From assembly GCA_045612665.1 (NCBI GenBank), contig JAZKZO010000038.1:14545-78544 (forward strand): a DNA stretch of 64,000 nucleotides. Reading direction: 5' to 3'. The stretch's first letter is position 1, and every line of letters starts with the position of its first letter. Positions 17,694 to 26,828 of this stretch are shown here, in pieces. The notes beneath the pieces were generated by a model. That model saw only the letters and a list, made by a program, of their open reading frames with translations, searched no databases and had not been told where the DNA came from. The stretch comes from Eubacteriales bacterium. Lineage in GTDB: Bacteria; Bacillota; Clostridia; Oscillospirales; CAG-272. The position numbers were made by a program, and so were the translations under genes.

Positions 17694-20021
17694 TTAATAA
17701 TCAAATGTTCTTGAAAAGTAAATAGTTTTATAATTTGTCGTTGTGGAGTAGTAAGAATTATAATAAAAATCACTTGCCCATCCACTTGGCTGTGATGCCG
17801 CTTCGCAATATAAGTAAAATGTTGAAGAAGACGTATTAACAAATGCCCTGTTCTCTATTTTTGTAATATTATTCGGAATATAAAAATACCTAGTTCCACT
17901 TCCAGAATAAAATCCTGTTTTTATTGTTTTAACTGTTATACCGTCAATTTTTCTCGGAATATTAACCGTGCTTGATGAACCTATATATTTCAGCAAAGAA
18001 ATGCTCGTTCCATCCACAATATAGATAAAATTATCCGTAGCCCTAATATTTTCAACATCTCCATAATCAACGGAATATTGAATTTTCTTACTTGAAGTGT
18101 TTTGTCCTGCCCAGTAAGAATCCCATTCGCTAGGCTTACTATTTGCCTCAATCAAAAAGACATCACAATAAACATTACTGTCAAAGCCATATGCATTTAT
18201 AACACTCACGGACTTTGGAATGTAAATGAAAATAACATCCTCAATATATCTAAACGCTTTGCTTTGTATTTTTGTTATTCCATCCTCAATTTTTATGGTT
18301 TTAGTAATCTCCCAATCCAAGCAAGCTATTGCATTTGAGCGAATAGTATAAACTCGTGAACCATTAAAGGTTGATTTTACCACAAGATTCTCACTTGTAT
18401 AATCCATTGATGCAAGAAGCGAATATCCCAAAAGTTCATCGTAATAATAACTCTTGTTTTTAGAGTTATATTTCACCTTATCAGGATTAATTTCAAGCGC
18501 AGTTCTACATTCCGACTCGAGCCACGTTGTTGATGTTAGGACATCGTTTTCGGCTATAAATTCATCATAAAATGTAGGATATGAGCTACCTTCAAAAGCA
18601 TAGTATCGAAATTCACTCAAATTATCCATATAGCTCATTTTATTTACCGATTTAGGAATAAATATCATTGTACAGACACTCCAGAATGTACCATGGTCAA
18701 TTTCGGTTACTGTGTCAGGAATTTTAACCTCTTCCAGAACCGTAAGCTCCGATAAAACTATCGATACATTTGCCGAATTCAAATCAACATTATATTTTTT
18801 GTATCTATTACCTCCAATTGAACCAAAACCATATCCGATTTTTGTAACTTCGCAATTAGATAATCTATCAGGAATTTCAATTCTTTTATCTTTTCCTATG
18901 TAGTGATGGACTGTCGCTTCTGTTCCAATTACGGCATATATGTATTCATCATTTTTTCTACAACCATAAGTTACACATCCCCATTCGCTAGTGCCAGCAA
19001 TATTATCAGCCCAATTTTGAGGTTTGCTTGCATGAGCCGAATAGACGAAAACCCCGTCAAATGCATAAGAGCCAACATATTCAACATTACTATCAAGATA
19101 TACATAGTTTCCATTATGGCCAAAATAACCATCAAGACTATGACTTCCAAAATGTGTTATATTTTGATAATTGATTTCCTCAAGATATGTTCCCGAAAAG
19201 GCGTATTCTCCAAGATACACCGTTTTTTCTGGCAACTCAACTCTCTTAAGTGCTGTATCTCTAAAAGCATAGTTCGGTATTTTTTCTATTTGTGCTCCGT
19301 TAAAATCAACAATTCCAAGCGAAGTACAACCATCAAAAGCATAATCAGAAAGATATACCATGTTTTTTGAAAATGAAATAGAGGTGATTTTTGTATTATC
19401 CTCGAAAGCCTCTCTATCTATTGCAATAACAGGAACTGCTCCTACATAGTTCGGAATAACCACATCCGCGTCATTTCCGTCATAATCACAAACAATCATT
19501 CCCGCAATTCCGTTTATAGAAATAGTTTCAAAGGATAGTCCGTCGCTTATTTTTCTATCATCCCGAGAATAATCGGCGAGGACACCTGTATCCTCATTAT
19601 CTATCCACCAATTTCCGTTTTCGCCAATATAAGGAGTTTTTCCATCGTCTCCCGTGTTTCCTTTATCTCCTTTATCGCCCTTCTCGCCATTTTCGCCGTT
19701 CGTTACAGTATATTTTGTTAGTGTTCCATCGGAAAAATAAATGAAATAGGTATCCACAAGCCCTTCGGTAAACTTTGTTATATCGACAATTTCAACGCTT
19801 TCGCCGTTTTTCCCATCCTTACCTGTATAGCCTTTATCTCCTTTATCTCCTTTTTCGCCCACATCGCCTTTTTCTCCTTGTGGACCTTGTGCTTGAACTC
19901 CGAGATCCTCGTCTCCTATCCACCAATTTCCATTTTCGCCAATGTAAGGAGTATTATCCTCACACGCCATCAAGAAAAGACACATAAAAACCGCGAACAA
20001 AATATACAATAATTTTTTCAT
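17694..20021 (-). CDS. lipoprotein with collagen-like Gly-X-Y tracts and BspA-type leucine-rich repeats
   Basis: Lipobox LFLMAC. Gly-X-Y runs are GPQGEKGDVGEKGDKGDKGYTGKDGKNGES and GENGEKGDKGDKGNTGDDGKT. Repeated segments with the I-x-I/V-P pattern typical of LRR_5 (for example IEKIPNYAFRDT and VEYVGSYAFDG). Confidence 0.7.
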   Translation of the reverse strand: MKKLLYILFAVFMCLFLMACEDNTPYIGENGNWWIGDEDLGVQAQGPQGEKGDVGEKGDKGDKGYTGKDGKNGESVEIVDITKFTEGLVDTYFIYFSDGTLTKYTVTNGENGEKGDKGDKGNTGDDGKTPYIGENGNWWIDNEDTGVLADYSRDDRKISDGLSFETISINGIAGMIVCDYDGNDADVVIPNYVGAVPVIAIDREAFEDNTKITSISFSKNMVYLSDYAFDGCTSLGIVDFNGAQIEKIPNYAFRDTALKRVELPEKTVYLGEYAFSGTYLEEINYQNITHFGSHSLDGYFGHNGNYVYLDSNVEYVGSYAFDGVFVYSAHASKPQNWADNIAGTSEWGCVTYGCRKNDEYIYAVIGTEATVHHYIGKDKRIEIPDRLSNCEVTKIGYGFGSIGGNRYKKYNVDLNSANVSIVLSELTVLEEVKIPDTVTEIDHGTFWSVCTMIFIPKSVNKMSYMDNLSEFRYYAFEGSSYPTFYDEFIAENDVLTSTTWLESECRTALEINPDKVKYNSKNKSYYYDELLGYSLLASMDYTSENLVVKSTFNGSRVYTIRSNAIACLDWEITKTIKIEDGITKIQSKAFRYIEDVIFIYIPKSVSVINAYGFDSNVYCDVFLIEANSKPSEWDSYWAGQNTSSKKIQYSVDYGDVENIRATDNFIYIVDGTSISLLKYIGSSSTVNIPRKIDGITVKTIKTGFYSGSGTRYFYIPNNITKIENRAFVNTSSSTFYLYCEAASQPSGWASDFYYNSYYSTTTNYKTIYFSRTFDY

Positions 20022-20068
20022 TTTATTTTCCTTTTATATTTTTGAATAGTTAAATTCAACATATGTAA

Positions 20069-20983
20069 TCAATTCATGTCAAATTCGGCAAGGTCGCATT
20101 CTCTTATAGCCTTGTTTTGAGATGCTAGGCTAAATGGATACACGAACGGTGCGCAAACGAAGGCTATTACAAAGCCGAGGAATGCAAAAAGGATTGCACC
20201 TAGGAATCCGAGAATTCCAAAAAGTATCTTCATTGAAATCAACCACAAAATTCCATCTATATCAAATGTAAAAATAAGTCCCGGGAAGTGAATTGATTTT
20301 TCTGCCATATCAAGGAATATATTTCTTACTACTCCGTCAAAGAACATTTGTGCTGTAAAAGCGAATGACATATATCCAAGAACAATTCCGGCTACAACTC
20401 CTGTACCCTTATTATCAAAGCATATAATCGAAGCAATAAGCGCAGCCAAGCCTATACAAATGCCTGTTATGATGCTTGCGTTTCTTTTAAAACGCATTCT
20501 TGATCTATTGTGGTTTTCAGTACGTTTTGCAGCCTCTGCTCTTGCCTTTTCTTCTCTTATCTCTTTTCTTTGTGCTTCCTTTTTATTTTCTAAGCATTTC
20601 GAGCAAATAACCTTAGGATTAACCTCTCCGAGATTCTCCTCGGTTACAGTTATTCCGCAAGAGGTACAAAAGCCAAGAGCCTTGGTGGAATTCATCTCTT
20701 CCACAACGCCCTTTATTTCGGTAGCTATATTATCTACGTCTTCTTTTGTAACAACCGATTGCTCCTCTTGCTTTTCTTCCTTTTTTTCCTCTATATCTAA
20801 TAGTTCTACCATAGATACGTTGAATAGTTCCGAGAGTCTTTTTAAAGTAGATATATCCGGCTCGGACAAATCATTCTCCCATTTTGAAATCGCCTGAGCG
20901 CTTATGTTCAAGTGCTCTCCCAGCTCCTGTTGTGTCATACCGCTTGTTCTGCGATACTGTGATAGCTTTTCGCCAAGTGTCAT
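20069..20983 (-). CDS. membrane-anchored XRE-family HTH protein with an internal CxxC...CxxC zinc ribbon
   Basis: MTLGEKLSQYRRTSGMTQQELGEHLNISAQAISKWEN HTH, then CTSCGITV...VICSKC, then a K/E-rich helix and 3-4 C-terminal TM segments. ATG 20983 has a GGAGG RBS. Confidence 0.75.
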   Translation of the reverse strand: MTLGEKLSQYRRTSGMTQQELGEHLNISAQAISKWENDLSEPDISTLKRLSELFNVSMVELLDIEEKKEEKQEEQSVVTKEDVDNIATEIKGVVEEMNSTKALGFCTSCGITVTEENLGEVNPKVICSKCLENKKEAQRKEIREEKARAEAAKRTENHNRSRMRFKRNASIITGICIGLAALIASIICFDNKGTGVVAGIVLGYMSFAFTAQMFFDGVVRNIFLDMAEKSIHFPGLIFTFDIDGILWLISMKILFGILGFLGAILFAFLGFVIAFVCAPFVYPFSLASQNKAIRECDLAEFDMN

Positions 20984-21183
20984 AATATTTCCTCCATTCA
21001 AAACCGAGACCAAATTTTGGGTGTCTTCAGTAATTCCACGATATCACGACTTAAACCAAAAGTCAATAAACCGAAAGTTGATTTTCTACACTTTTAGTTG
21101 ATAAGCCATTTGAAGTAGAAAAAGCAAGCGTTTTATCCCAAAAATTAACACGTATTTACAGTTTTCGAAGCATATCTTATGTT

Positions 21184-21199
21184 TACATTATATAATGTA
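21184..21199. promoter_or_regulatory. perfect 16-bp palindrome TACATTATATAATGTA (candidate operator)
   Basis: Exact self-complement. It overlaps the -10 of the minus-strand promoter. Its half-site ATAATGTA recurs at 21231..21238. Confidence 0.55.
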
Positions 21200-21215
21200 T
21201 ACGTCTATTTGTCAA
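21187..21215 (-). promoter_or_regulatory. consensus sigma-A promoter facing the membrane XRE gene
   Basis: Minus strand reads TTGACA (21215..21210), 17 nt, TATAAT (21192..21187). Confidence 0.55.
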
Positions 21216-21268
21216 GATATTTTTAGTTATATAATGTATTCATTAGATACATAAAATAAGGGGTATAT

Positions 21269-21469
21269 ATGAAACTAAGAGTATTAGAAATTCTCAAAGA
21301 AAAGGGAAAAACAAGGTACTGGCTATATATACAAATGGGACTAAGTTATCAAAATTTCAACAACATGATAAATAACAAGACCAAGGCTATTAAATTTGAC
21401 AATTTAAAAGCTTTATGCGACATTTTAGAGTGTACGCCAAACGACCTTTTTGAGGAATATCACAAATAA
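21269..21469 (+). CDS. small XRE/Cro-like HTH transcriptional regulator (66 aa)
   Basis: MKLRVLEILKEKGKTRYWLYIQMGLSYQNFNNMINNKTKAIKFDNLKALCDILECTPNDLF has a helix-turn-helix pattern. AAGGGG RBS. Confidence 0.75.
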   Translation: MKLRVLEILKEKGKTRYWLYIQMGLSYQNFNNMINNKTKAIKFDNLKALCDILECTPNDLFEEYHK

Positions 21470-21500
21470 AAAAGACACATAGCTCACTATGTGTCTTTTT
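21470..21500. terminator. bidirectional intrinsic terminator (small XRE gene / trpS)
   Basis: aaaagacacatag-ctca-ctatgtgtctttt. Confidence 0.75.
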
Positions 21501-21504
21501 TATT

Positions 21505-22509
21505 TTAATGTTTGATTTCGGTGAAGCCGATTTTGCGTTTTACCTTGGACATTGTGCGTCTTGCGTTACGGTAGGCGTCCTCTGCGCCCTTTGCCATAAC
21601 CTGCTCAAGGTATGCCTTATCAGCCATAAGTCTTGCGAATTCGTCGCGAACGCTCGAAAGTCCGTCTGCAACTGCCTCGCCTACTGCGAGCTTGAAATCA
21701 CCGTAGCCCTTGCCTGCAAATTCCCTCTCTGCTTCCTCGATTGTCTTATTTGTAATGCAAGAATAGATTGAGAGAAGATTTGAGATGCCTGGCTTTTCGG
21801 GAGTGTAGATGATTTGGTTATCGGAGTCGGTTACTGCTCTTTTGAACTTTCTTATAATATCATCCTTGCTATCAAGAATACGAACGACTGCATTCTCGTT
21901 AGCATCGGACTTACTCATTTTCTTTGTAGGCTCCTGCAAGGACATGATCTTTGCACCGTCCTTTGCTATGTAGCCATCAGGCACTACGAAGGTTTCGCCA
22001 TAGATTTGATTGAAGCGATTTGCGATATCTCTTGCAAGCTCAAGGTGTTGCTTTTGGTCAACTCCAACAGGCACGAGCTCAGTTTGATAAAGCAAGATAT
22101 CGGCTGCCATAAGTGAAGGATAGGTAAAGAGACCTGCGTTTATATTATCGGCATTCTTTGCGCTCTTATCCTTAAACTGTGTCATACGAGAAAGCTCACC
22201 AAACATAGTATAGCAATCAAGAATCCAGCCAAGCTCTGCGTGCTGAGGAACGTGGCTTTGAACGAAAAGCGTATTCTTCTCGGGGTCAAGACCGCACGCA
22301 ATATAGAGTGCCAAGGTTTCGTAGGTTCTACGTCTTAGCTCTGCAGGGTTTTGTCTTACTGTGATTGCGTGCATATCAACAACGCAATAGTAGCAATGAT
22401 ATTCCTCGGAAAATGCGCTGAAATTACGGATTGCGCCGAGGTAGTTTCCTATTGTAAGGTTTCCTGACGGTTGAACGCCCGAAAACACGACCTTTTTATC
22501 GTTGAACAT
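21505..22509 (-). CDS. trpS: tryptophan--tRNA ligase
   Basis: N-terminal SGVQPSGNLTIGNYLGA (HIGH-class region) and KMSKS motif; 334 aa. Confidence 0.95.
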   Translation of the reverse strand: MFNDKKVVFSGVQPSGNLTIGNYLGAIRNFSAFSEEYHCYYCVVDMHAITVRQNPAELRRRTYETLALYIACGLDPEKNTLFVQSHVPQHAELGWILDCYTMFGELSRMTQFKDKSAKNADNINAGLFTYPSLMAADILLYQTELVPVGVDQKQHLELARDIANRFNQIYGETFVVPDGYIAKDGAKIMSLQEPTKKMSKSDANENAVVRILDSKDDIIRKFKRAVTDSDNQIIYTPEKPGISNLLSIYSCITNKTIEEAEREFAGKGYGDFKLAVGEAVADGLSSVRDEFARLMADKAYLEQVMAKGAEDAYRNARRTMSKVKRKIGFTEIKH

Positions 22510-22548
22510 AGATTTCTCCTGTGATGTATCAATATTATTTATATAATA

Positions 22549-23649
22549 TCACAAACTTTCTCCATTTTCAACACATTTTTTAGTTTCGTCATCTTTTTTT
22601 AATCCGTCATAAACCGTTTTCGCTCCAAACGCCAAGAAGGGGGCTACAATCATACCGCCGACGCCTGCGATTTTGAGTCCTGCGTACATTGAAATTATGG
22701 CTACGAGGGGATGGACGTTCATTTGAGAGCTGACAATTCTCGGCTCTATTATTTGTCTTACAATATAAATTATTGTGAACAAAATAAGCAATCCGATGCC
22801 AAGCCTTTGGTTTCCTATTACAAACGAAACAATCGACCAAGGCACAAGTACTACGCCTACTCCCAAAATCGGCAACGCGTCAACGAATGCGCAAATTATA
22901 GCTATTGCAAACGCGCCCTCTACATTTAGTATAAGAAGCCCTGCAAAAACCTGTGCAAAGGCAACTAGAATTATCAGCGTATACGAGCGCACATAGCCCG
23001 AAATAACGAAAACGATATCCTTTTTTAGTCTAGGAAGCCTTTCTTGAAGGGAGCTTGGGAGTGCGCGTGTTAATGCTCCCGAGATTTTGTGATAATCCTT
23101 TGAAAAATAAAAAAGTGAGAGCAAAATAACGATAGCTGTAACGACTATTTCGGGCATCGAGGCGATGAAGCGACCTATTGCCTGTGTTAAGCGCGCGCTT
23201 ATCATATTTATCGTATTTTTTGCCATATCGAGCGCAATAGAATATACGCTTGTATTATCGGAGAGGTTATTTTTCAAAAACGGGAATTTTTCGCCTAAAC
23301 TATTCAAAAAATCCAAGCTTATGCTTATATAGTTATTCTCCTTGCTTAAATGCTCGCTTATTTTACTTATTATCACGCCGATTTGGTCTAAGAGGGCGCT
23401 TGATGCAAGGATTAAAAGATAGACACTAACACAAAGCGTTATACCGATTACAAAAAGGCTGATTATGCTTTTCGGTACTCTCGTATGACGGGACATTTTA
23501 TCAATTACAGGGCGCAAAAGCATAACCGTTAAAAACGAGATAGCAAACGGCAGGATTATGCCAAGAGCATATTTCAAAATTACATAGGAAATTAAAAAAT
23601 ATATAACGATATTCACGCCTATGTATGCGCTTTTCTTCAATTTTTCCAT
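22549..23649 (-). CDS. AI-2E family transporter / sporulation integral membrane protein YtvI-like
   Basis: Polytopic, about 366 aa, starting MEKLKKSAYIGVNIVIYFLISYVILKYALGIILPFAISF. AGAGGTGA RBS precedes ATG 23649. Confidence 0.7.
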   Translation of the reverse strand: MEKLKKSAYIGVNIVIYFLISYVILKYALGIILPFAISFLTVMLLRPVIDKMSRHTRVPKSIISLFVIGITLCVSVYLLILASSALLDQIGVIISKISEHLSKENNYISISLDFLNSLGEKFPFLKNNLSDNTSVYSIALDMAKNTINMISARLTQAIGRFIASMPEIVVTAIVILLSLFYFSKDYHKISGALTRALPSSLQERLPRLKKDIVFVISGYVRSYTLIILVAFAQVFAGLLILNVEGAFAIAIICAFVDALPILGVGVVLVPWSIVSFVIGNQRLGIGLLILFTIIYIVRQIIEPRIVSSQMNVHPLVAIISMYAGLKIAGVGGMIVAPFLAFGAKTVYDGLKKDDETKKCVENGESL

Positions 23650-23707
23650 TATCTCACCTCTTTTTAAAAATATATTTAACATTTTTGCGCTTTATTAAAC
23701 AAATCAT

Positions 23708-23736
23708 TTGACATTGGCGCTATATTTTGTTAAAAT
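23708..23736 (+). promoter_or_regulatory. sigma-A type promoter for the cyclophilin gene
   Basis: TTGACA (23708..23713), 17 nt, TAAAAT (23731..23736). Confidence 0.55.
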
Positions 23737-23768
23737 ATATATATAATTATTTTGCGAGGTGTTTTATC

Positions 23769-24245
23769 ATGGTAAGAATAGAAATGGAAAACGGTGGAAT
23801 TATCGATATTGAGCTTTACGAGGACAAGGCGCCTATTACTGTTGCCAACTTCAAGAAGCTTGTTAGCGAGGGCTTTTACGACGGTCTTATTTTCCACAGA
23901 GTTATAGCAGGCTTTATGATTCAGGGCGGAGATCCAACAGGCACAGGCTGTGGTGGCTCAAGCGAGAAAATCAAGGGCGAATTCAGAGCTAACGGTGTTG
24001 CAAACGACATTTCACACGTACGCGGTGTTGTTTCTATGGCTAGAAGCCAAATGCCTAACTCTGCTTCATCACAGTTCTTTATTATGCACGCTGACGGAAA
24101 GTTCCTTGATGGAAACTACGCGGCATTCGGTAAGGTTGTATCAGGCATTGAGGTTGTTGACGAGATTGCAGGGGTTAAAACCAATTTCCAAGATAGACCC
24201 GTTATTGATATGAGAATGAAAAAGGTTACTCTTATTGAGGAATGA
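23769..24245 (+). CDS. ppiB: peptidylprolyl isomerase, cyclophilin type
   Basis: MVRIEMENGGIIDIELYEDKAPITVANFKKL and FHRVIAGFMIQGGDP motifs. The promoter lies inside the ORF-track N-terminal extension, so ATG 23769 is used. Confidence 0.9.
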   Translation: MVRIEMENGGIIDIELYEDKAPITVANFKKLVSEGFYDGLIFHRVIAGFMIQGGDPTGTGCGGSSEKIKGEFRANGVANDISHVRGVVSMARSQMPNSASSQFFIMHADGKFLDGNYAAFGKVVSGIEVVDEIAGVKTNFQDRPVIDMRMKKVTLIEE

Positions 24246-24760
24246 AAAGGTCTAAATTAGTCGATCTTGCGATATTTGCCATGCTTGGCACGATATTGTT
24301 TGTATCAAAAATCATTTTTGAGTTTTTGCCCAACGTTCATCCGATTGCGATGTTCATTGCGGTATACACGCTTGTATATCGTGCAAGGGCGCTGATACCT
24401 GTTTACGTGTATGTGTTTATACTCGGGCTTTACTATGGCTTCCCTATGTGGTGGTATCCTTATGTTTACATATGGGCTGTTATATGGGCGTTTTCAATGC
24501 TCATTCCCAAGGGTGCGTCGCTTCGCACAAAGGGCGTTCTATCGGCTGTATTTTGTGGCTTACACGGTCTTTTGTTCGGCATTCTCTATGCGCCGGCACA
24601 GGCTGTTATGTTTGGACTTGATTTCAAGGGAATGCTCACCTGGATTGTAGCAGGATTTCCGTTTGACATAGTACATATGTGCGCAAATATTGCGATTTCG
24701 GTGCTTGTAATACCACTTTACAAGGTGCTTAACCGACTTGAAGAAAAAAGAACAATATAA
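24242..24760 (+). CDS. small polytopic membrane protein, ECF transporter S-component-like
   Basis: 172 aa with 5-6 hydrophobic helices. The N-terminus KLVDLAIFAMLGTILFVSKII resembles substrate-capture components. The start overlaps the ppiB stop (ATGA). Confidence 0.45.
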   Translation: MKRSKLVDLAIFAMLGTILFVSKIIFEFLPNVHPIAMFIAVYTLVYRARALIPVYVYVFILGLYYGFPMWWYPYVYIWAVIWAFSMLIPKGASLRTKGVLSAVFCGLHGLLFGILYAPAQAVMFGLDFKGMLTWIVAGFPFDIVHMCANIAISVLVIPLYKVLNRLEEKRTI

Positions 24761-24786
24761 AAAACGAGGCGATTGCCTCGTTTTTT
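24761..24786. terminator. bidirectional intrinsic terminator
   Basis: aaaacgaggc-gatt-gcctcgtttttt. Confidence 0.7.
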
Positions 24787-25363
24787 AAATTATATCCTTC
24801 TTTTTGAACTTCCAAGGGGAAAGATTTTCGCCCTTTACGATGAATGCCTGCTTTGAGATAAGCGCAAGGGGCGTATCGCAGTACATATCGGAATAGAAGC
24901 TATCAATTTCGGCATTTGGGTACATTTCGTAAAAACGGGTTACCTTTTGCTTTCCATGACAGTTTTCTCCGTCGAAAAGTCCTGTTTTCTTATCAACTCT
25001 TGTTGCCATCATACATTCAACGCCAAGCTCGGCACAGATAGGGGCAAGCAAGAATTCGGGAGAGGCGGAAATTATGATATCCGAGCCTTCCTTCATTTCC
25101 ATATACCATTTTTTGATATTTTTTCTATGCTCTTCCCAAAAATCAAGGACTGCCTTGTCTATATCGGGAATTTTTTGAACTATGCTAAAAAGCTTTTGCT
25201 TAAAGGTCTTTTTCTTAACTATGCGAAGTCCGAAGCCTGCACCGTAAAGCAAAACGGGGAAAATTTTTCCTCTTGTTTTAGGATAGTGCTTTAAGCAATA
25301 AAAGAAGAAATCCTTTGAGCTATCGCCGTGATATATAGTTCCGTCAAAATCAAATACATTCAT
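24785..25363 (-). CDS. HAD-IB family hydrolase
   Basis: MNVFDFDGTIYHGDS (DxDGT motif I); 192 aa. Confidence 0.75.
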   Translation of the reverse strand: MNVFDFDGTIYHGDSSKDFFFYCLKHYPKTRGKIFPVLLYGAGFGLRIVKKKTFKQKLFSIVQKIPDIDKAVLDFWEEHRKNIKKWYMEMKEGSDIIISASPEFLLAPICAELGVECMMATRVDKKTGLFDGENCHGKQKVTRFYEMYPNAEIDSFYSDMYCDTPLALISKQAFIVKGENLSPWKFKKKDII

Positions 25364-25364
25364 A

Positions 25365-26651
25365 TTATTCGTCGTCCTCAGTAACGCTATTAACCGTTAC
25401 CTGTACCTCTTCGAGTCGCTTTGGACCGATTTTCTTGATTTCAATATGTAATCTTTGATAATCGAAGCTATCGCCAACCTTTGGGAAGGTTTCAAGCTCC
25501 TTCATGATAAATCCGTTAACGGTCTGAGGCATATCCTCATCATCGTCAACCACGAGCTCGAATTTTTCGATAAAGTCATCAAGGTCAGCCGAGCATTTAA
25601 CGAGGAAGCTACCGTCAGGCATTTCCTTATAGTCCTCGGTAATCTCATCGTGCTCGTCAAAGACGTCTCCGATAAGCTCCTCAATTATATCCTCCATTGT
25701 AACAATTCCCATTGTTCCGCCGTACTCGTCAACAACGATTGCCATATGGCACTTTTTGCTCTTAAGCACCTGCATAAGGTCTGCAATTTTAATATGCTCA
25801 GATACGTGAACAGGCTTTTGAAGATGCTTTGTAATCGTTTTATTATTGTTATGATAAGCAACGAAGAAATCCTTTTCATGAAGGATACCGATTATATCGT
25901 CAATATCCTCGTTATACACAGGAAGACGCGAATATGCGTTTTCGATAAAGGTTTTTGCGATATCCTCGATGCTATCGTCCTTAGAAATTGCGCAAATTTC
26001 AACACGAGGTGTCAAGATATCACCGGCAGATACATCGGCAAACTCGATAGCCGAGCGAATAAGGTCGCCCTCTTCGGTTTCAATTGAGCCGTCCTCCTCC
26101 GCCTCGTCAACGATTGTGATAAGCTCATCCTCGGTATAGGCGCTTTCCTCCTTTGGCTTGAACATCTTCATAAGAAGCTTGCTCCAGCCACCGAAAATGA
26201 AAACGAACGGGATTAAGATTATTTGGAAAAATCTTATAATAGGTGCAAAAGCAAGGGCTGTTCCGTCTGCGTGTCCCTTGGCGATAACCTTTGGTGAAAT
26301 TTCACCGAAAATCAATACCGCTACGGTAATAACAGCAGTGGAAACAGTTGCGCCAACGCTTTCGGCGTCGGAAGTGTTCATATTTACAAACAAATCAATA
26401 AAGAAAATTGTAGCAATTGAAGAAAGCGCGATGTTTACGATGTTATTGCCGATCAAAATGGTGTTTATCAGCTTATCGTATTTTTCCTCAAGCGCAAGAA
26501 CCATTTTAGCGCGCTTGTTTCCGTTTTGCGCCATATTCTTCATTCTAATCTTATTGAATGTTGAAAAAGCTGTTTCTGTTGATGAAAAAAATGCCGATAG
26601 CACAAGAAGCACTATCATAGAGATTAATATCCCCACGGCGTCTGCGTCCAT
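25365..26651 (-). CDS. hemolysin family protein (DUF21-CBS pair-CorC_HlyC, CNNM type)
   Basis: N-terminal FFSSTETAF motif of DUF21, a central CBS region and a C-terminal transporter-associated domain. Confidence 0.85.
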   Translation of the reverse strand: MDADAVGILISMIVLLVLSAFFSSTETAFSTFNKIRMKNMAQNGNKRAKMVLALEEKYDKLINTILIGNNIVNIALSSIATIFFIDLFVNMNTSDAESVGATVSTAVITVAVLIFGEISPKVIAKGHADGTALAFAPIIRFFQIILIPFVFIFGGWSKLLMKMFKPKEESAYTEDELITIVDEAEEDGSIETEEGDLIRSAIEFADVSAGDILTPRVEICAISKDDSIEDIAKTFIENAYSRLPVYNEDIDDIIGILHEKDFFVAYHNNNKTITKHLQKPVHVSEHIKIADLMQVLKSKKCHMAIVVDEYGGTMGIVTMEDIIEELIGDVFDEHDEITEDYKEMPDGSFLVKCSADLDDFIEKFELVVDDDEDMPQTVNGFIMKELETFPKVGDSFDYQRLHIEIKKIGPKRLEEVQVTVNSVTEDDE

Positions 26652-26828
26652 AATAGTAAAAATACCTCCAAAAATGTTATTACATATTATTGTATCATAT
26701 TATAACTATATTGTCAAGGGAAAAGGCAAAATGTGTATCCCTGTGAAAATCTTATCAAAAACTGTAATATGTTTAAATCGGTGCGAATATGCTTTAGTAT
26801 GAAATAACGCCAAAAGGTAGGTGCTTAT

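Noticed and set aside
22510-22548. Expected T-box leader upstream of trpS
   Set aside because: Only 39 nt separate trpS from the upstream ytvI-like gene, which is far too short for a T-box. No specifier or T-box sequence is visible.
25455-26802. 210-aa and 214-aa plus-strand ORFs
   Set aside because: Both are antisense to the hemolysin/CNNM gene and have no RBS. They are shadow ORFs of a long gene in an A+T-rich genome.
26652-26828. Sigma-E type sporulation promoter upstream of spoIVA
   Set aside because: AATATG and GAATATGCT-like elements are present. I cannot confidently match the ATA...-N-CATA..T sigma-E consensus by eye, so no promoter is called.
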